A stretch of DNA of 62,112 bases, filler included, from a bacterium (GCA_043817485.1; 7 parts of 7 records of this genome joined end to end with filler, not necessarily neighbours in it); one strand, 5' to 3'. Shown: positions 39,545 through 48,540, counted from the first letter of the whole stretch. The notes: generated by a model not told the origin, from the letters alone. Numbers and translations are program-made.

Positions 39545-39724
39545 TTACCTCATTTTTAATGATCTATTATTATAATATTCTTTTAATAAAAGATAACGTA
39601 AACTATTCAATTGCTCTTTTATTTTATAAGCAATATCACTATTTTTTACATTTATTAGAGTATATTCAATGGTTTTATCTATTTTCGTTCTAATACTTTC
39701 TTGCATTCTTTTTGATAGTTGCAT
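39545..39724 (-). CDS. Hypothetical protein, 59 aa (not in ORF track)
   Basis: MQLSKRMQES...SLKMR*; AAGGA leader. Confidence 0.55.
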   Translation of the reverse strand: MQLSKRMQESIRTKIDKTIEYTLINVKNSDIAYKIKEQLNSLRYLLLKEYYNNRSLKMR

Positions 39725-39752
39725 ATTTATATGTTCACATTCCTTTTTTATT

Positions 39753-39992
39753 TTAATTATAATAATATATTCTTTTTAGTTTATTTTCTATTACTTTTTT
39801 TACTTCATCTATATTGTGCGCCCACACTTCATCTTTTTTAATAATATCGTTCCCAAGATATACCCAAAAAACATATCGGAAATATTTCCCCGATATTTCG
39901 GTTATTTTTGACATTCTTTTAATATTAATAGTAAAAGATAAAGTTGTGGATAGTTTCGTAAAACTTTTTTTAATATATTTTGATGTTGTCAT
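39753..39992 (-). CDS. Hypothetical protein
   Basis: ATG 39992 after GGAGGGT; MTTSKYIKK. Confidence 0.6.
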   Translation of the reverse strand: MTTSKYIKKSFTKLSTTLSFTINIKRMSKITEISGKYFRYVFWVYLGNDIIKKDEVWAHNIDEVKKVIENKLKRIYYYN

Positions 39993-39996
39993 TTTT

Positions 39997-40245
39997 TTAC
40001 CCTCCTTGTTTTCTTTTCCCTTTTTTTGGTTCATTAAGTGGTTTTCCAGTTCTTTTTTGTTCTTTAGCTAATTCTTTCCATCGTTTTTTAAATTGAAGCA
40101 TTTGTACCTCTTGTAATGTTTTATGTTGGGCATACTGCGCATGATCGAAGAATATTTTTATTTTTTTTCCATCAGATTTTCGGTATCTTTTATGAACCTT
40201 ATTACATTGGCTACACCAATACCATTCTTTTCCTTTTATATCCAT
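39997..40245 (-). CDS. Hypothetical basic protein with CxxC-x3-H motif
   Basis: WYWCSQCNKVH; GAGGT RBS. Confidence 0.65.
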   Translation of the reverse strand: MDIKGKEWYWCSQCNKVHKRYRKSDGKKIKIFFDHAQYAQHKTLQEVQMLQFKKRWKELAKEQKRTGKPLNEPKKGKRKQGG

Positions 40246-40267
40246 TTTTATTTACCTCTTTTTTTAT

Positions 40268-40501
40268 TTATATTCTAACCAATCGCATTTTTCCTGTTTT
40301 TTTATTTTTTCTATACATATATGTTCGGTGTGATTTCCATCCAGAACCAAATGGTTCTTTTGCTATTTCTAAATGTGCTTTTACATAAGGAAACCTAGAT
40401 AAATAATTTTCAATCCATCTTTTTCCTTCTTCTTTATTTTGTGGAAATAAAATATATTTTCCATCGAGCATATGATCAAATTTAATTCTATATGTTGTCA
40501 T
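40268..40501 (-). CDS. Hypothetical protein, paralog of 41234-41479
   Basis: MTTYRIKFDH..GKY..PY..K.TG. Confidence 0.7.
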   Translation of the reverse strand: MTTYRIKFDHMLDGKYILFPQNKEEGKRWIENYLSRFPYVKAHLEIAKEPFGSGWKSHRTYMYRKNKKTGKMRLVRI

Positions 40502-40503
40502 AT

Positions 40504-40788
40504 TTATTTACCTCTTTTTTTCTTTTTTCCATATCTATTATTCCTAAATCCTTGCATGAAATTATGTTCTGTAGAATACATATATAACAGAAATCTATTT
40601 TCACCCCAATCGGTTGTTATTCTTTTAATTCGAAAAAACACTTTTTTATTCCATTGGGTATGCATTCTTCGTAGTTTTTCTTTTTCTTTTTTCAATTCCG
40701 GTTTAGTAAAACAGTTGTTTGGAATCACATAAAAATTTTTTTTACCTAAACCACTTATATAAAATTTTTTATAGTTTTCTATTTTCAT
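40504..40788 (-). CDS. Hypothetical basic protein
   Basis: ORF with shared AAACAAATAAAAGAG leader. Confidence 0.6.
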   Translation of the reverse strand: MKIENYKKFYISGLGKKNFYVIPNNCFTKPELKKEKEKLRRMHTQWNKKVFFRIKRITTDWGENRFLLYMYSTEHNFMQGFRNNRYGKKKKRGK

Positions 40789-40831
40789 TTTTTATCTCTT
40801 TTATTTGTTTTTATTTTATTTAAAAATATCT

Positions 40832-41176
40832 TTATAGTCCTTTTTGTTTGTACCCCAATTCTTTTAACTCTTTTTGAATTTCCCCTTTTCTTCTCATATA
40901 TCTTCCTTGTTCTTCTAATAAATCTCTAAGATAAATTTCAGTACTATGTGTTCCAGTCGCTTCTCCTTTATGTTTCTGAGAACGTTTTTCTCCTTCTTCT
41001 TTTGAGGCTCTAATTTTTTTTGAAAGTTGATTATGTTCTTGTATCAATTTTCTCATTTTGTTGGTCAAAATTTGTTTTTGTCCAGTATTTGCTGAAGATT
41101 TATGATCATTGTAAATTTTTGATCCTTTATAATGTTTTCTATTACATTTATTACAATAATAATGTTCTTTTATCAT
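40832..41176 (-). CDS. Hypothetical protein with CxxC-x3-H motif and coiled coil
   Basis: HYYCNKCNRKH..GSKIY.DH; duplicated leader upstream. Confidence 0.65.
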   Translation of the reverse strand: MIKEHYYCNKCNRKHYKGSKIYNDHKSSANTGQKQILTNKMRKLIQEHNQLSKKIRASKEEGEKRSQKHKGEATGTHSTEIYLRDLLEEQGRYMRRKGEIQKELKELGYKQKGL

Positions 41177-41233
41177 ATTTATTTACCTCTTTTTATCATA
41201 TTTATTTACCTCTTTTTATTTTATTTATTTTTA

Positions 41234-41479
41234 TTATTTAATATATAATAGATGGAAATTCCATCTTCCAGTTTTAAAGTTTTTACTATAAGACCATCGT
41301 TCAATTCTTATCCATACTTCTTTATTGCCCATTTTTTCTAATTTATATAATTCCATTATCATATATGGATAATTTTTTAATAGTTTTTTCATCTTTTTTC
41401 TTGCTTCTATTTTTGATTTTGCTATATAAGTATATTTACCACCAATTATATGATCAAATTTAATTTTATATGTTGTCAT
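41234..41479 (-). CDS. Hypothetical protein, paralog of 40268-40501
   Basis: MTTYKIKFDH..GKY..PY..KTG. Confidence 0.7.
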   Translation of the reverse strand: MTTYKIKFDHIIGGKYTYIAKSKIEARKKMKKLLKNYPYMIMELYKLEKMGNKEVWIRIERWSYSKNFKTGRWNFHLLYIK

Positions 41480-41506
41480 ATTTTAAAACCTCTTTTTTAT
41501 TTGTTT

Positions 41507-41965
41507 TTATTTAAATGATCGTTTATACCATCTTTGATAAACGGCATCATTGAACCAGTATGAACCAATCATTTTATTATAACTCATAATTTCGTTCACA
41601 TTTTTAAATCTTTTCTTAATTCCATATCGTCTTCCGATTTCATTTGCAGTAGCTATATAATTTTTTTCAGTATAATTTCGTTTAGCAAATACGAAATCGA
41701 CCCCCCAATTAACCATTTCACCCTTATATTTTATAGGTGGTCTGTTGTATTTATAATCTGTCATACCATCAAACCCTGAACCTTCGAATTTTTTAATTAT
41801 TTTATTTATTTTTGGAATACTGGGACCATCAGTCCATTTTACATCAATTGAGCTCCCTCCGGAATAAGATTCGGATCTAACACTAAAAATAGTATTAGGG
41901 AATTTTTTCTTTAATTCAATTCTAATTAGTTTAGCTACTTCTGTTGTTTTTATATATTTAACCAT
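41507..41965 (-). CDS. LPD29 (large polyvalent protein-associated domain 29)-like protein
   Basis: AKLIR..LKK.FP...FSVRS..YSGGSSIDVKWTDGP..F.G..FDGMTD. Confidence 0.75.
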   Translation of the reverse strand: MVKYIKTTEVAKLIRIELKKKFPNTIFSVRSESYSGGSSIDVKWTDGPSIPKINKIIKKFEGSGFDGMTDYKYNRPPIKYKGEMVNWGVDFVFAKRNYTEKNYIATANEIGRRYGIKKRFKNVNEIMSYNKMIGSYWFNDAVYQRWYKRSFK

Positions 41966-41979
41966 TTTTTAACCACTCC

Positions 41980-42225
41980 TTATAAAAAATAATATTCGTA
42001 TACTAAATATTTTTGATATTTAATTCCTGTTTCTTTTGATTTCCATATTCTTTTAATAACACGAGCTTTGAAACCACAATTTCTTGAAGATTGTGCATAA
42101 GCAATAGCAGTTGATTTTTTATTAAACACGTTTGAGTGACCAAACGATTTATCAAATAATTCATATCTTTTTCCATTAAATATCAAATATTTTGAAAATC
42201 CATGGTATTTTGTTTTTTCTTTCAT
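41980..42225 (-). CDS. Hypothetical protein
   Basis: FNGKRYEL..KSTA..R..GFKARVIK; GAGGT RBS. Confidence 0.65.
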   Translation of the reverse strand: MKEKTKYHGFSKYLIFNGKRYELFDKSFGHSNVFNKKSTAIAYAQSSRNCGFKARVIKRIWKSKETGIKYQKYLVYEYYFL

Positions 42226-42257
42226 TTTTTAAAACCTCTTTTATTTTTTTATTTATT

Positions 42258-42518
42258 TCATAATGTTGTGTGTACTAAAATATCTATTAATTTTTCTGGA
42301 TATGCTTTTTTGAAATATTTTCTAAGGTCGCCTATGTTTTTGGCGAATATTAGTTGACTGGTATGTATTTTATGTTTATTAATATAAATATCTACTGCAT
42401 AACTATTTTCACCATATATACGACCAGCTTTTCTAATGTTTTCTATAATTACTTTATTATTGTTTTTTCCATGAATAATAATTTTAGTTTTTAATTTTTT
42501 TACTATTGGTTTTGTCAT
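42258..42518 (-). CDS. Hypothetical protein
   Basis: ORF with shared GAGGTAAATAA leader. Confidence 0.6.
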   Translation of the reverse strand: MTKPIVKKLKTKIIIHGKNNNKVIIENIRKAGRIYGENSYAVDIYINKHKIHTSQLIFAKNIGDLRKYFKKAYPEKLIDILVHTTL

Positions 42519-42542
42519 TTATTTACCTCTTTTATTTGTTTT

Positions 42543-42746
42543 TTATTTAAAAATATCTTTATATTTTTCTCTTATTATTTTATCGGCTTCAATCGCATCA
42601 TTGGGGAGTTTTTTATAAAATCTAGAATCAATAGCTTTTGCCCAAGCTATTCTCATTTTTTCATTATATTCGGATTTTCTCCCGGTGGGACTATAGATAT
42701 TATTTCCATAATAGTTGAATGCCAAAATTGCGTTTTTCTTTAACAT
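42543..42746 (-). CDS. Hypothetical protein
   Basis: ORF with AAGGAG RBS. Confidence 0.6.
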   Translation of the reverse strand: MLKKNAILAFNYYGNNIYSPTGRKSEYNEKMRIAWAKAIDSRFYKKLPNDAIEADKIIREKYKDIFK

Positions 42747-42761
42747 TTTTTCAAACTCCTT

Positions 42762-43241
42762 TTATTTATAATTTATTAATTTTTTATGTTCAACTGGAAT
42801 TAATATCGCAGTTGTAATATATTTATTTGTTCCTCTCACTTTCCCTATTTGGGCTTTTGCCCCAAGACTCTTATTTTTCACAAACTTTTCAAACATTTTG
42901 CCAGAACAGTTGTTTTTATCTAATGGTATATATTTGAAAGTGTTCCAATCAATATTTTTTTTCTTATATTGAACAAAATTAAGATATTCACGATCATAAT
43001 ATAGTTTACTTCCTAATTCATAAGCAGTGATTCTCCCCATTAGGAGTAATGTTTTATTGGCGCACCATTCAAGGTTTTTATGTATTTTTTCAATAAGTTC
43101 TTTATCTCGTGTATGTTTGAAATGTTTGTCCATACCAAGAATTTTTCTGTTTGCTTGGAGAATTAATACATCAATTTTTTCAATTTCATCATGAATTTCT
43201 TGTATTTCGTTTCTTTTATTGGCATTTGTTATTTTTGCCAT
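42762..43241 (-). CDS. Hypothetical protein
   Basis: 159-aa ORF in array. Confidence 0.65.
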   Translation of the reverse strand: MAKITNANKRNEIQEIHDEIEKIDVLILQANRKILGMDKHFKHTRDKELIEKIHKNLEWCANKTLLLMGRITAYELGSKLYYDREYLNFVQYKKKNIDWNTFKYIPLDKNNCSGKMFEKFVKNKSLGAKAQIGKVRGTNKYITTAILIPVEHKKLINYK

Positions 43242-43272
43242 TTTTAATTTTTCCCTTTTTTATTTAGTTTTT

Positions 43273-43479
43273 TTATATTAAAATATTTATATCTTTTAAT
43301 TCTATACCTAATAATTTTAAAGCACTTCCAATACCTTGGTATTTTCCTTTATAATAATTGTATTGTTCTTTTCCATGATCATCTTTTCGTTCTTTCAATT
43401 TTATAGCATTAATTTTATCATGTTTATATTGTTCAATAAGTTTGTTTCTAATTACTTCTATTTTAAGTTTTTTTGCCAT
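43273..43479 (-). CDS. Hypothetical protein
   Basis: ORF with GAGGT RBS. Confidence 0.6.
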   Translation of the reverse strand: MAKKLKIEVIRNKLIEQYKHDKINAIKLKERKDDHGKEQYNYYKGKYQGIGSALKLLGIELKDINILI

Positions 43480-43494
43480 TTTTTAACCTCTTTT

Positions 43495-43788
43495 TTATTT
43501 TAACAAATCTTTATTTTTATTAGATTGTAATCTATACATTAAAACTTTCATGGAATCCGAAACATCAGATATTTTTCTTGCGATTATTTTGCATTTTTCA
43601 CTATCTTGTTTGAATTTAAATAATTTTGATAAATCATAGAAACCTGAAATTAAACTACGATTTTTTTCTATTTGATTGTTGAGCATATCTCGAACAAAAT
43701 TCATCTTCTCTAAGTCTATCTCTTTAATTGTTTTTTCAGAAAGAGATATGGACTTTTTTAGTTTTTTTGATATATTATCATTTTTCAT
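43495..43788 (-). CDS. Hypothetical protein
   Basis: ORF with GGTGA RBS. Confidence 0.6.
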   Translation of the reverse strand: MKNDNISKKLKKSISLSEKTIKEIDLEKMNFVRDMLNNQIEKNRSLISGFYDLSKLFKFKQDSEKCKIIARKISDVSDSMKVLMYRLQSNKNKDLLK

Positions 43789-43807
43789 TTTCTAATCACC
43801 ATTTTGA

Positions 43808-44320
43808 TTACTTTTTCCAATTATTTCCATAAGGTCTTCTAACACCAGCATGGGCAAATGAATATTGATTTCCACATTTTGGGCATTCAAAATAGAGCCA
43901 TTGTTTTTTCTTGTAATCCCTAACATACCAGCCACTTTCATGTTCGTAATGATTAACCCAACCATTTTGAACTGGTTTTCCACACATACATTTCTTATCA
44001 ATTTTCCATCGACTGATATAGAGTTTAGCTTGTTTGGTATAATCAACAAGTGTGGGGTATTGGTTTTTTTCTTGTTTTCCTCGTTCTTGTGTTTGAGAGA
44101 CATCTATTTTTCTTGAGTGTTTTCTTTCGCAGATCGGTCCTATTCCTTTTTCCATACTTTTTGGATTGGAAAGAGTTCTTCCACAAATTCTACACATTCC
44201 ACTTGGGTCGCCACCAAGCATTTTCATTAATTCGATTTTTGTTTTTCTACTATAACCTTTTATACCATGCCTTTTAGCATGTTGTATTAATTCTTTTTTG
44301 GTCATTTTTGAGATATTCAT
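43808..44320 (-). CDS. Rho-N-like helical domain + DUF6011-like zinc finger + C-terminal zinc ribbon
   Basis: MTKKELIQHAK..GIKGYS..TK.EL; CRICGRTL..PKS...GIGPIC; CMCG...CPKC. Confidence 0.7.
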   Translation of the reverse strand: MNISKMTKKELIQHAKRHGIKGYSRKTKIELMKMLGGDPSGMCRICGRTLSNPKSMEKGIGPICERKHSRKIDVSQTQERGKQEKNQYPTLVDYTKQAKLYISRWKIDKKCMCGKPVQNGWVNHYEHESGWYVRDYKKKQWLYFECPKCGNQYSFAHAGVRRPYGNNWKK

Positions 44321-44342
44321 ATATTTTTTACCTCTTAATTGT

Positions 44343-44442
44343 NNNNNNNNNNNNNNNNNNNNNNNNNNNNNNNNNNNNNNNNNNNNTTAATTAATTAANN
44401 NNNNNNNNNNNNNNNNNNNNNNNNNNNNNNNNNNNNNNNNNN
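44343..44442. other. Artificial contig linker
   Basis: N-TTAATTAATTAA-N. Confidence 0.98.
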
Positions 44443-44509
44443 GGTAATAATATTTTGACATACATTATTTATTTCATTTGCTTTTTATGTAAATAATTTG
44501 CGTTTTTTT

Positions 44510-44788
44510 TTATTTTTCTTTTTTTAAAATTAATAATTTTTTTTCAACTAATTCATTTATAAATTTAATAACATCTTTTTCTATGATTTTTTTGTTAGAA
44601 TTATATTTATGATAAATTTTATCTATAATTTTATTTATAGAAGTTTTTCCATTAGCCATTTTCCAAATCAAACTTCCAATTTCATTAAGAGTATGAAGTA
44701 TATTTTGTTCTGTGTCTAAAATAACAAATTCTTTTTCTATTTGTCTAAAAGCAAGATTAGATGTTTTTTGTATATAATAATTAAGCAT
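44510..44788 (-). CDS. PqqD family / RiPP recognition element protein
   Basis: LHTLNEIGSLIW...NG....II..I...Y......DV..F..EL. Confidence 0.88.
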   Translation of the reverse strand: MLNYYIQKTSNLAFRQIEKEFVILDTEQNILHTLNEIGSLIWKMANGKTSINKIIDKIYHKYNSNKKIIEKDVIKFINELVEKKLLILKKEK

Positions 44789-45566
44789 TTATTGTTTTCC
44801 AAAAAGAATTATCTAAAGTAAAATGTAATTCTTGTAAAGAATGTTTTTTGAGAAATTTGAAACATAAATTAAATAAATTTTTACTTATTAAAGCATTATT
44901 AGAAAAAAACAAAATATTAGACATAAGTTTTTCAATAGATTCTTTATTCTTTATTTTTTTTATAAAATTTTGTTTTGCTTTTTGAAGGGTAAAAATTTTA
45001 TAAAGTTCTGCTTTTTTATTTATTCCACAAATACCTAATTCTCCAAAAAAAGGAGTTCCATATACATAAAAGCGATTTCTGACTTGTTTAATTAAAGAAA
45101 CTTCTTCACTTAAAAGAGTACATTCTGGAGATAATTTAACAATAGTACTTTTTCCAGCTTCTGATTTTCCAGTAAATACAAAAGCTTTATTATCTTTTAT
45201 AATGCTTGAAGCATGAAGTAAAAATCCATTTTTTTCTACTAAAATTAAAGAAAAAAATATTCTTAAAAAAGCATCAAAATTTTGAAATATTTTAATTTGT
45301 GTTATAGTTATTATTTGTTTTTTTAAATCAATCTCTGAATAAAGCCCATATCTCTCAATAATAATTTTATTTTCCAAATAAGATACTTTTACTCCATCTA
45401 TTTTTTTTCCAATTTTTTTTTTCAAAAGTAATATAATTAGATATTTTGGTTTTTTGTTTGATAAAAAATTTTTATATTTTTCTTTAATTAAATTTAAAAA
45501 AACTTTATCTTCACATTGTATTTCTATTCCAATATTTCCTATTTCTATAACTAAATTATTAATCAT
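44781..45566 (-). CDS. HPr-kinase-like P-loop protein of PqqD/radical SAM cassettes
   Basis: GFLLHASSI, FTGKSEAGKST, LSEE, YGTPF; start 45566 preferred because the longer start lies in a MITE end. Confidence 0.7.
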   Translation of the reverse strand: MINNLVIEIGNIGIEIQCEDKVFLNLIKEKYKNFLSNKKPKYLIILLLKKKIGKKIDGVKVSYLENKIIIERYGLYSEIDLKKQIITITQIKIFQNFDAFLRIFFSLILVEKNGFLLHASSIIKDNKAFVFTGKSEAGKSTIVKLSPECTLLSEEVSLIKQVRNRFYVYGTPFFGELGICGINKKAELYKIFTLQKAKQNFIKKIKNKESIEKLMSNILFFSNNALISKNLFNLCFKFLKKHSLQELHFTLDNSFWKTINA

Positions 45567-45588
45567 TAAATTTTTCACATTTATTTTA

Positions 45589-45740
45589 TCCCAAATCATA
45601 TTCAAACGCCTAACTGTGTTGGCTTTTCATGTCCACCGCTGGCGGGGGTGTCCGTTAGGACGGGGGTGGAGAGAATTCTTTAATACATTTTCGTCGCCTC
45701 TTCCTTGTGCCTTTGTTATCATTTTGAATGCAAATTAGTA
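45589..45740. mobile_element. MITE, family A, with GC-rich REP-like cargo
   Basis: TCCCAAATCATATTCAAA ... TTTGAATGCAAATTAGTA; interior TGTCCACCGCTGGCGGGGGTGTCCGTTAGGACGGGGGTGGA. Confidence 0.55.
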
Positions 45741-47178
45741 TTAATCTATATTTGTTTGTAAATATAAAGTTGAAAATCCTCTTTCTAAAAACATAGTAAT
45801 TTCTTTCTTTTTTTTTATTTTCGACAATATTTTTGCATAATCATTTATATTTTGTATGGAAACATTATTTATTTTAATTATTACATCTCCTTCTTGAATT
45901 CCAACTCTATTTGCCCATGCTCCTCCTGTAACTTCAATAACTACTACGCCTTGTGAAGAATAAAATCCATATTTTTTTTTAGTTTCTGAAGAAACTGTTT
46001 TTACTTTCATTCCTAAAAGAGTATTTATATTTGTATTTGTATCTTTTTTTTCTTGAGGAATAATTATATTAGTTATTTCTTTATTATTTCTAATAACAGT
46101 TAAAAGAGTTTTTTTTCCTATTTCTAAATTATTAATAATTTGTTCAAAAGTAGTAATATTAGGTATATTTTTTTTATTTATTTTGATAATTACATCTTTT
46201 ATTTTTAAACCAGATTTTTCAGCTGGAGAATTTTTTGTTATATCACAAATAAGTACTCCTTTTTGAGGAATATTTAAAATTTTTGATATTTCTGGTGTAA
46301 TTTCTTGAATATGAATACCTAAAAAAACTTCTTTTACTTTTTCATAATTTTTTTCATAATTTATAATCTTTTCTACTATTTTTTTAGCAGTATCTATCGG
46401 AATAGCAAAACCAATTCCTTGAGCATTTTGATAAATTGCTGTGTTAATACCTATTACTTCACCCAAAACATTTACTAATGGACCACCACTATTTCCTGGA
46501 TTTATAGAAGCATCTGTTTGAATTAAATTTTCAAATATTTCACTTGTATTTTTTTCTGCTCGAAGACTTCTATTAGTACCACTAATAACACCAACAGTAA
46601 CAGTATTTTCTAATCCAAAAGGATTTCCTATGGCTACAACCCATTCTCCAATCATTAAATCATTTGAATTACCTATTTTGGCTATTGGTAAATTATGTTC
46701 TTTAATTTTTATAACAGCAATATCTCTATTTTTATCTTGTCCAATAATAGTTCCTTTATATTTTTTTCCATTTTTAAAAGTTACAATTATTTCTTCAGCT
46801 CCTCTTATAACATGTTCATTAGTTAAAATATATCCTTTTTTATCAATAACTAATCCAGATCCAAGTACATTTTGTTCATAATTTTGTGGTTCTGGAAACA
46901 TATTAAAAAAATCATCATTAAATGGAAAATAAAATCTATTTTGAATAATTTTTGTAGCACTAATATTTACTACAGCAGGACCAATTTCTTCTACTGCTTG
47001 AACAATAACATTTTTTCGTTCTGATATAATTTTTTTTTTCTACAATTTGTTTTTGTTTAGAAGAAATTATTTTGAAAGGTTTTTTAATTTGTTGAAAAAA
47101 ATTTGTGTGTGTGTGAGTATATTTATAAATTACAAAAATAGATATTCCAATAAATAAAATAACAAAAAATTTTTTCAT
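45741..47178 (-). CDS. Do/DegQ (HtrA) serine protease, 2 PDZ; frameshift at T10 run 47030-47039 (probable error)
   Basis: LGSG, LTNEHV, DIAV, IQTDASINPGNSGGPL; IGPAVVNIS reads in frame upstream of 46901. Confidence 0.88.
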
Positions 47179-47251
47179 TACTTTTTATTATTTTTCCTTT
47201 TAGAGGTTCTACCTCTTTAATTTTTATATTTATTTTTTGAAATATTTATGA

Positions 47252-48418
47252 TTATTTTTCTTTTACTAATAACAATTCTTTTTTTCTTATTTCCCATTCT
47301 TGCCATTCAATTATAATAGAACTTGCTATATAAATAGTAGAATAACTACCTGCAATAATACCTACGACTAAAACAATAGAAAAATCTCTTAAAACTTCTC
47401 CACCAAAAATTAATAATGTTGTTGCTATAAAAAAAGTAGTTAAAGAAGTAATAATTGTACGAGATAAGGTTTCATTTATGCTACGATTTGCTATATTTTT
47501 AAAACTTTCTTTTTTATATAATTTTGAATTTTCTCTGATTCTATCAAAAATAACAATAGTGTCATTTATGGAAAATCCAATTAATGTTAAAATTGCTGCT
47601 ATTACTGGAATACTAATTTCTCTATTTAAAAAAGCAAGTGCTCCTAATGATACTAAAACATCATGAAGTAAAGCAATGTCAGCAGCAACAGCCAAGCGAA
47701 ATTCAAATCGCATTCCTACATAAATAAGAATAGCAATCATTGCAATAATTACTGCTAAAATTGCTTGCCATTGCAACATTTTTCCAATAGCTGGACCAAC
47801 AGATTCTTCTTTTCTAACAATAAATGAACCTAATGAAAATGCTTGTTCAAAATTTATTAACATTTGATTATTTATTTCTGGAATATTTTTTAATTGTGCA
47901 AAATTTTTAAAAATACCTCCATGTGTATCTCTGTATTCTAAAATTTTATTTGATAATTCTTCTGTATTTTTATTTGGAAATAAATTATGTAAAATTAAAG
48001 ATAATGCTTTGTTGTCATAAATATTATTTAAATCAGTTTTTCCTAAATTAGGTTGATCAAAATTTTGTTTAAAAATATTTTTTATTTTGCTTGATACTGT
48101 TTCATTTGTTTGTTTTTCTTGAAGATTTACTTTTTTAACACGAATAAGAAATTCATTTTCTCCTTCTATTTTTTGAATAATGCTATCTCCTAAGTCTATT
48201 TTTGTAAGACAATTTCTTATTTGAACAAGAGATATATTTTTATTAAATTTTACTTCCATTAAAAAACCACCAGCAAAATCTATTCCAAATTTAATTCCTT
48301 GATGCTTAATTGCTGAAATAAATCCTATTAAAATAACTAATAAAGATATTGCAAAAAATATTCTTCTATTTTTTTTATCTAAAAAATTTATATTTGAATT
48401 TTTGAAAATTTGTATCAT
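47252..48418 (-). CDS. secF: Protein translocase SecF with helix-hairpin-helix-like insert
   Basis: FGIDFAGG, VGPAIG, HDV, GFSINDTIVIFDRIREN, RTIITSLTT. Confidence 0.95.
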   Translation of the reverse strand: MIQIFKNSNINFLDKKNRRIFFAISLLVILIGFISAIKHQGIKFGIDFAGGFLMEVKFNKNISLVQIRNCLTKIDLGDSIIQKIEGENEFLIRVKKVNLQEKQTNETVSSKIKNIFKQNFDQPNLGKTDLNNIYDNKALSLILHNLFPNKNTEELSNKILEYRDTHGGIFKNFAQLKNIPEINNQMLINFEQAFSLGSFIVRKEESVGPAIGKMLQWQAILAVIIAMIAILIYVGMRFEFRLAVAADIALLHDVLVSLGALAFLNREISIPVIAAILTLIGFSINDTIVIFDRIRENSKLYKKESFKNIANRSINETLSRTIITSLTTFFIATTLLIFGGEVLRDFSIVLVVGIIAGSYSTIYIASSIIIEWQEWEIRKKELLLVKEK

Positions 48419-48540
48419 TTTTTAAATCTCCTATTGTGAAAAAATTAAGGTTATTTTTAATTTTTGAAGATATGAAATATATAATATGATAAAAAATGTC
48501 AAGAAAAAATATTATGATTTTTGGAAATGCTTAAGTAAAT

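Larger units (their letters stand above)
39341..44342 (-). mobile_element. Phage/MGE-like contig: dense array of ~17 short co-oriented genes
   Basis: All minus strand, 48-170 aa, shared AAAAGAGGT leader, LPD29-like and DUF6011-like domains, no housekeeping genes. Confidence 0.7.

Noticed and set aside
43792-44103. 103-aa ORF overlapping 43808-44320
   Set aside because: Alternative frame of a gene that has clear zinc-finger motifs and an RBS.
39341-44342. Integron cassette array or CRISPR array
   Set aside because: No GTTRRRY/attC palindromes, no integrase, no fixed-length repeat-spacer pattern; the repeats centre on the RBS.
2520-44442. Recurring TTAATTAATTAA within N runs as a biological repeat; gene neighbourhoods across them
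   Set aside because: Standard six-frame-stop scaffold linker. ORFs 2273-2575 and 31408-31968 that run into it are artefacts at that end.
10518-47039. Programmed frameshifting or phase variation in punA (T10 at 10518) and htrA (T10 at 47030)
   Set aside because: Both shifts lie in 10-nt homopolymers in a fragmented assembly; sequencing or amplification error is simpler. Needs reads.
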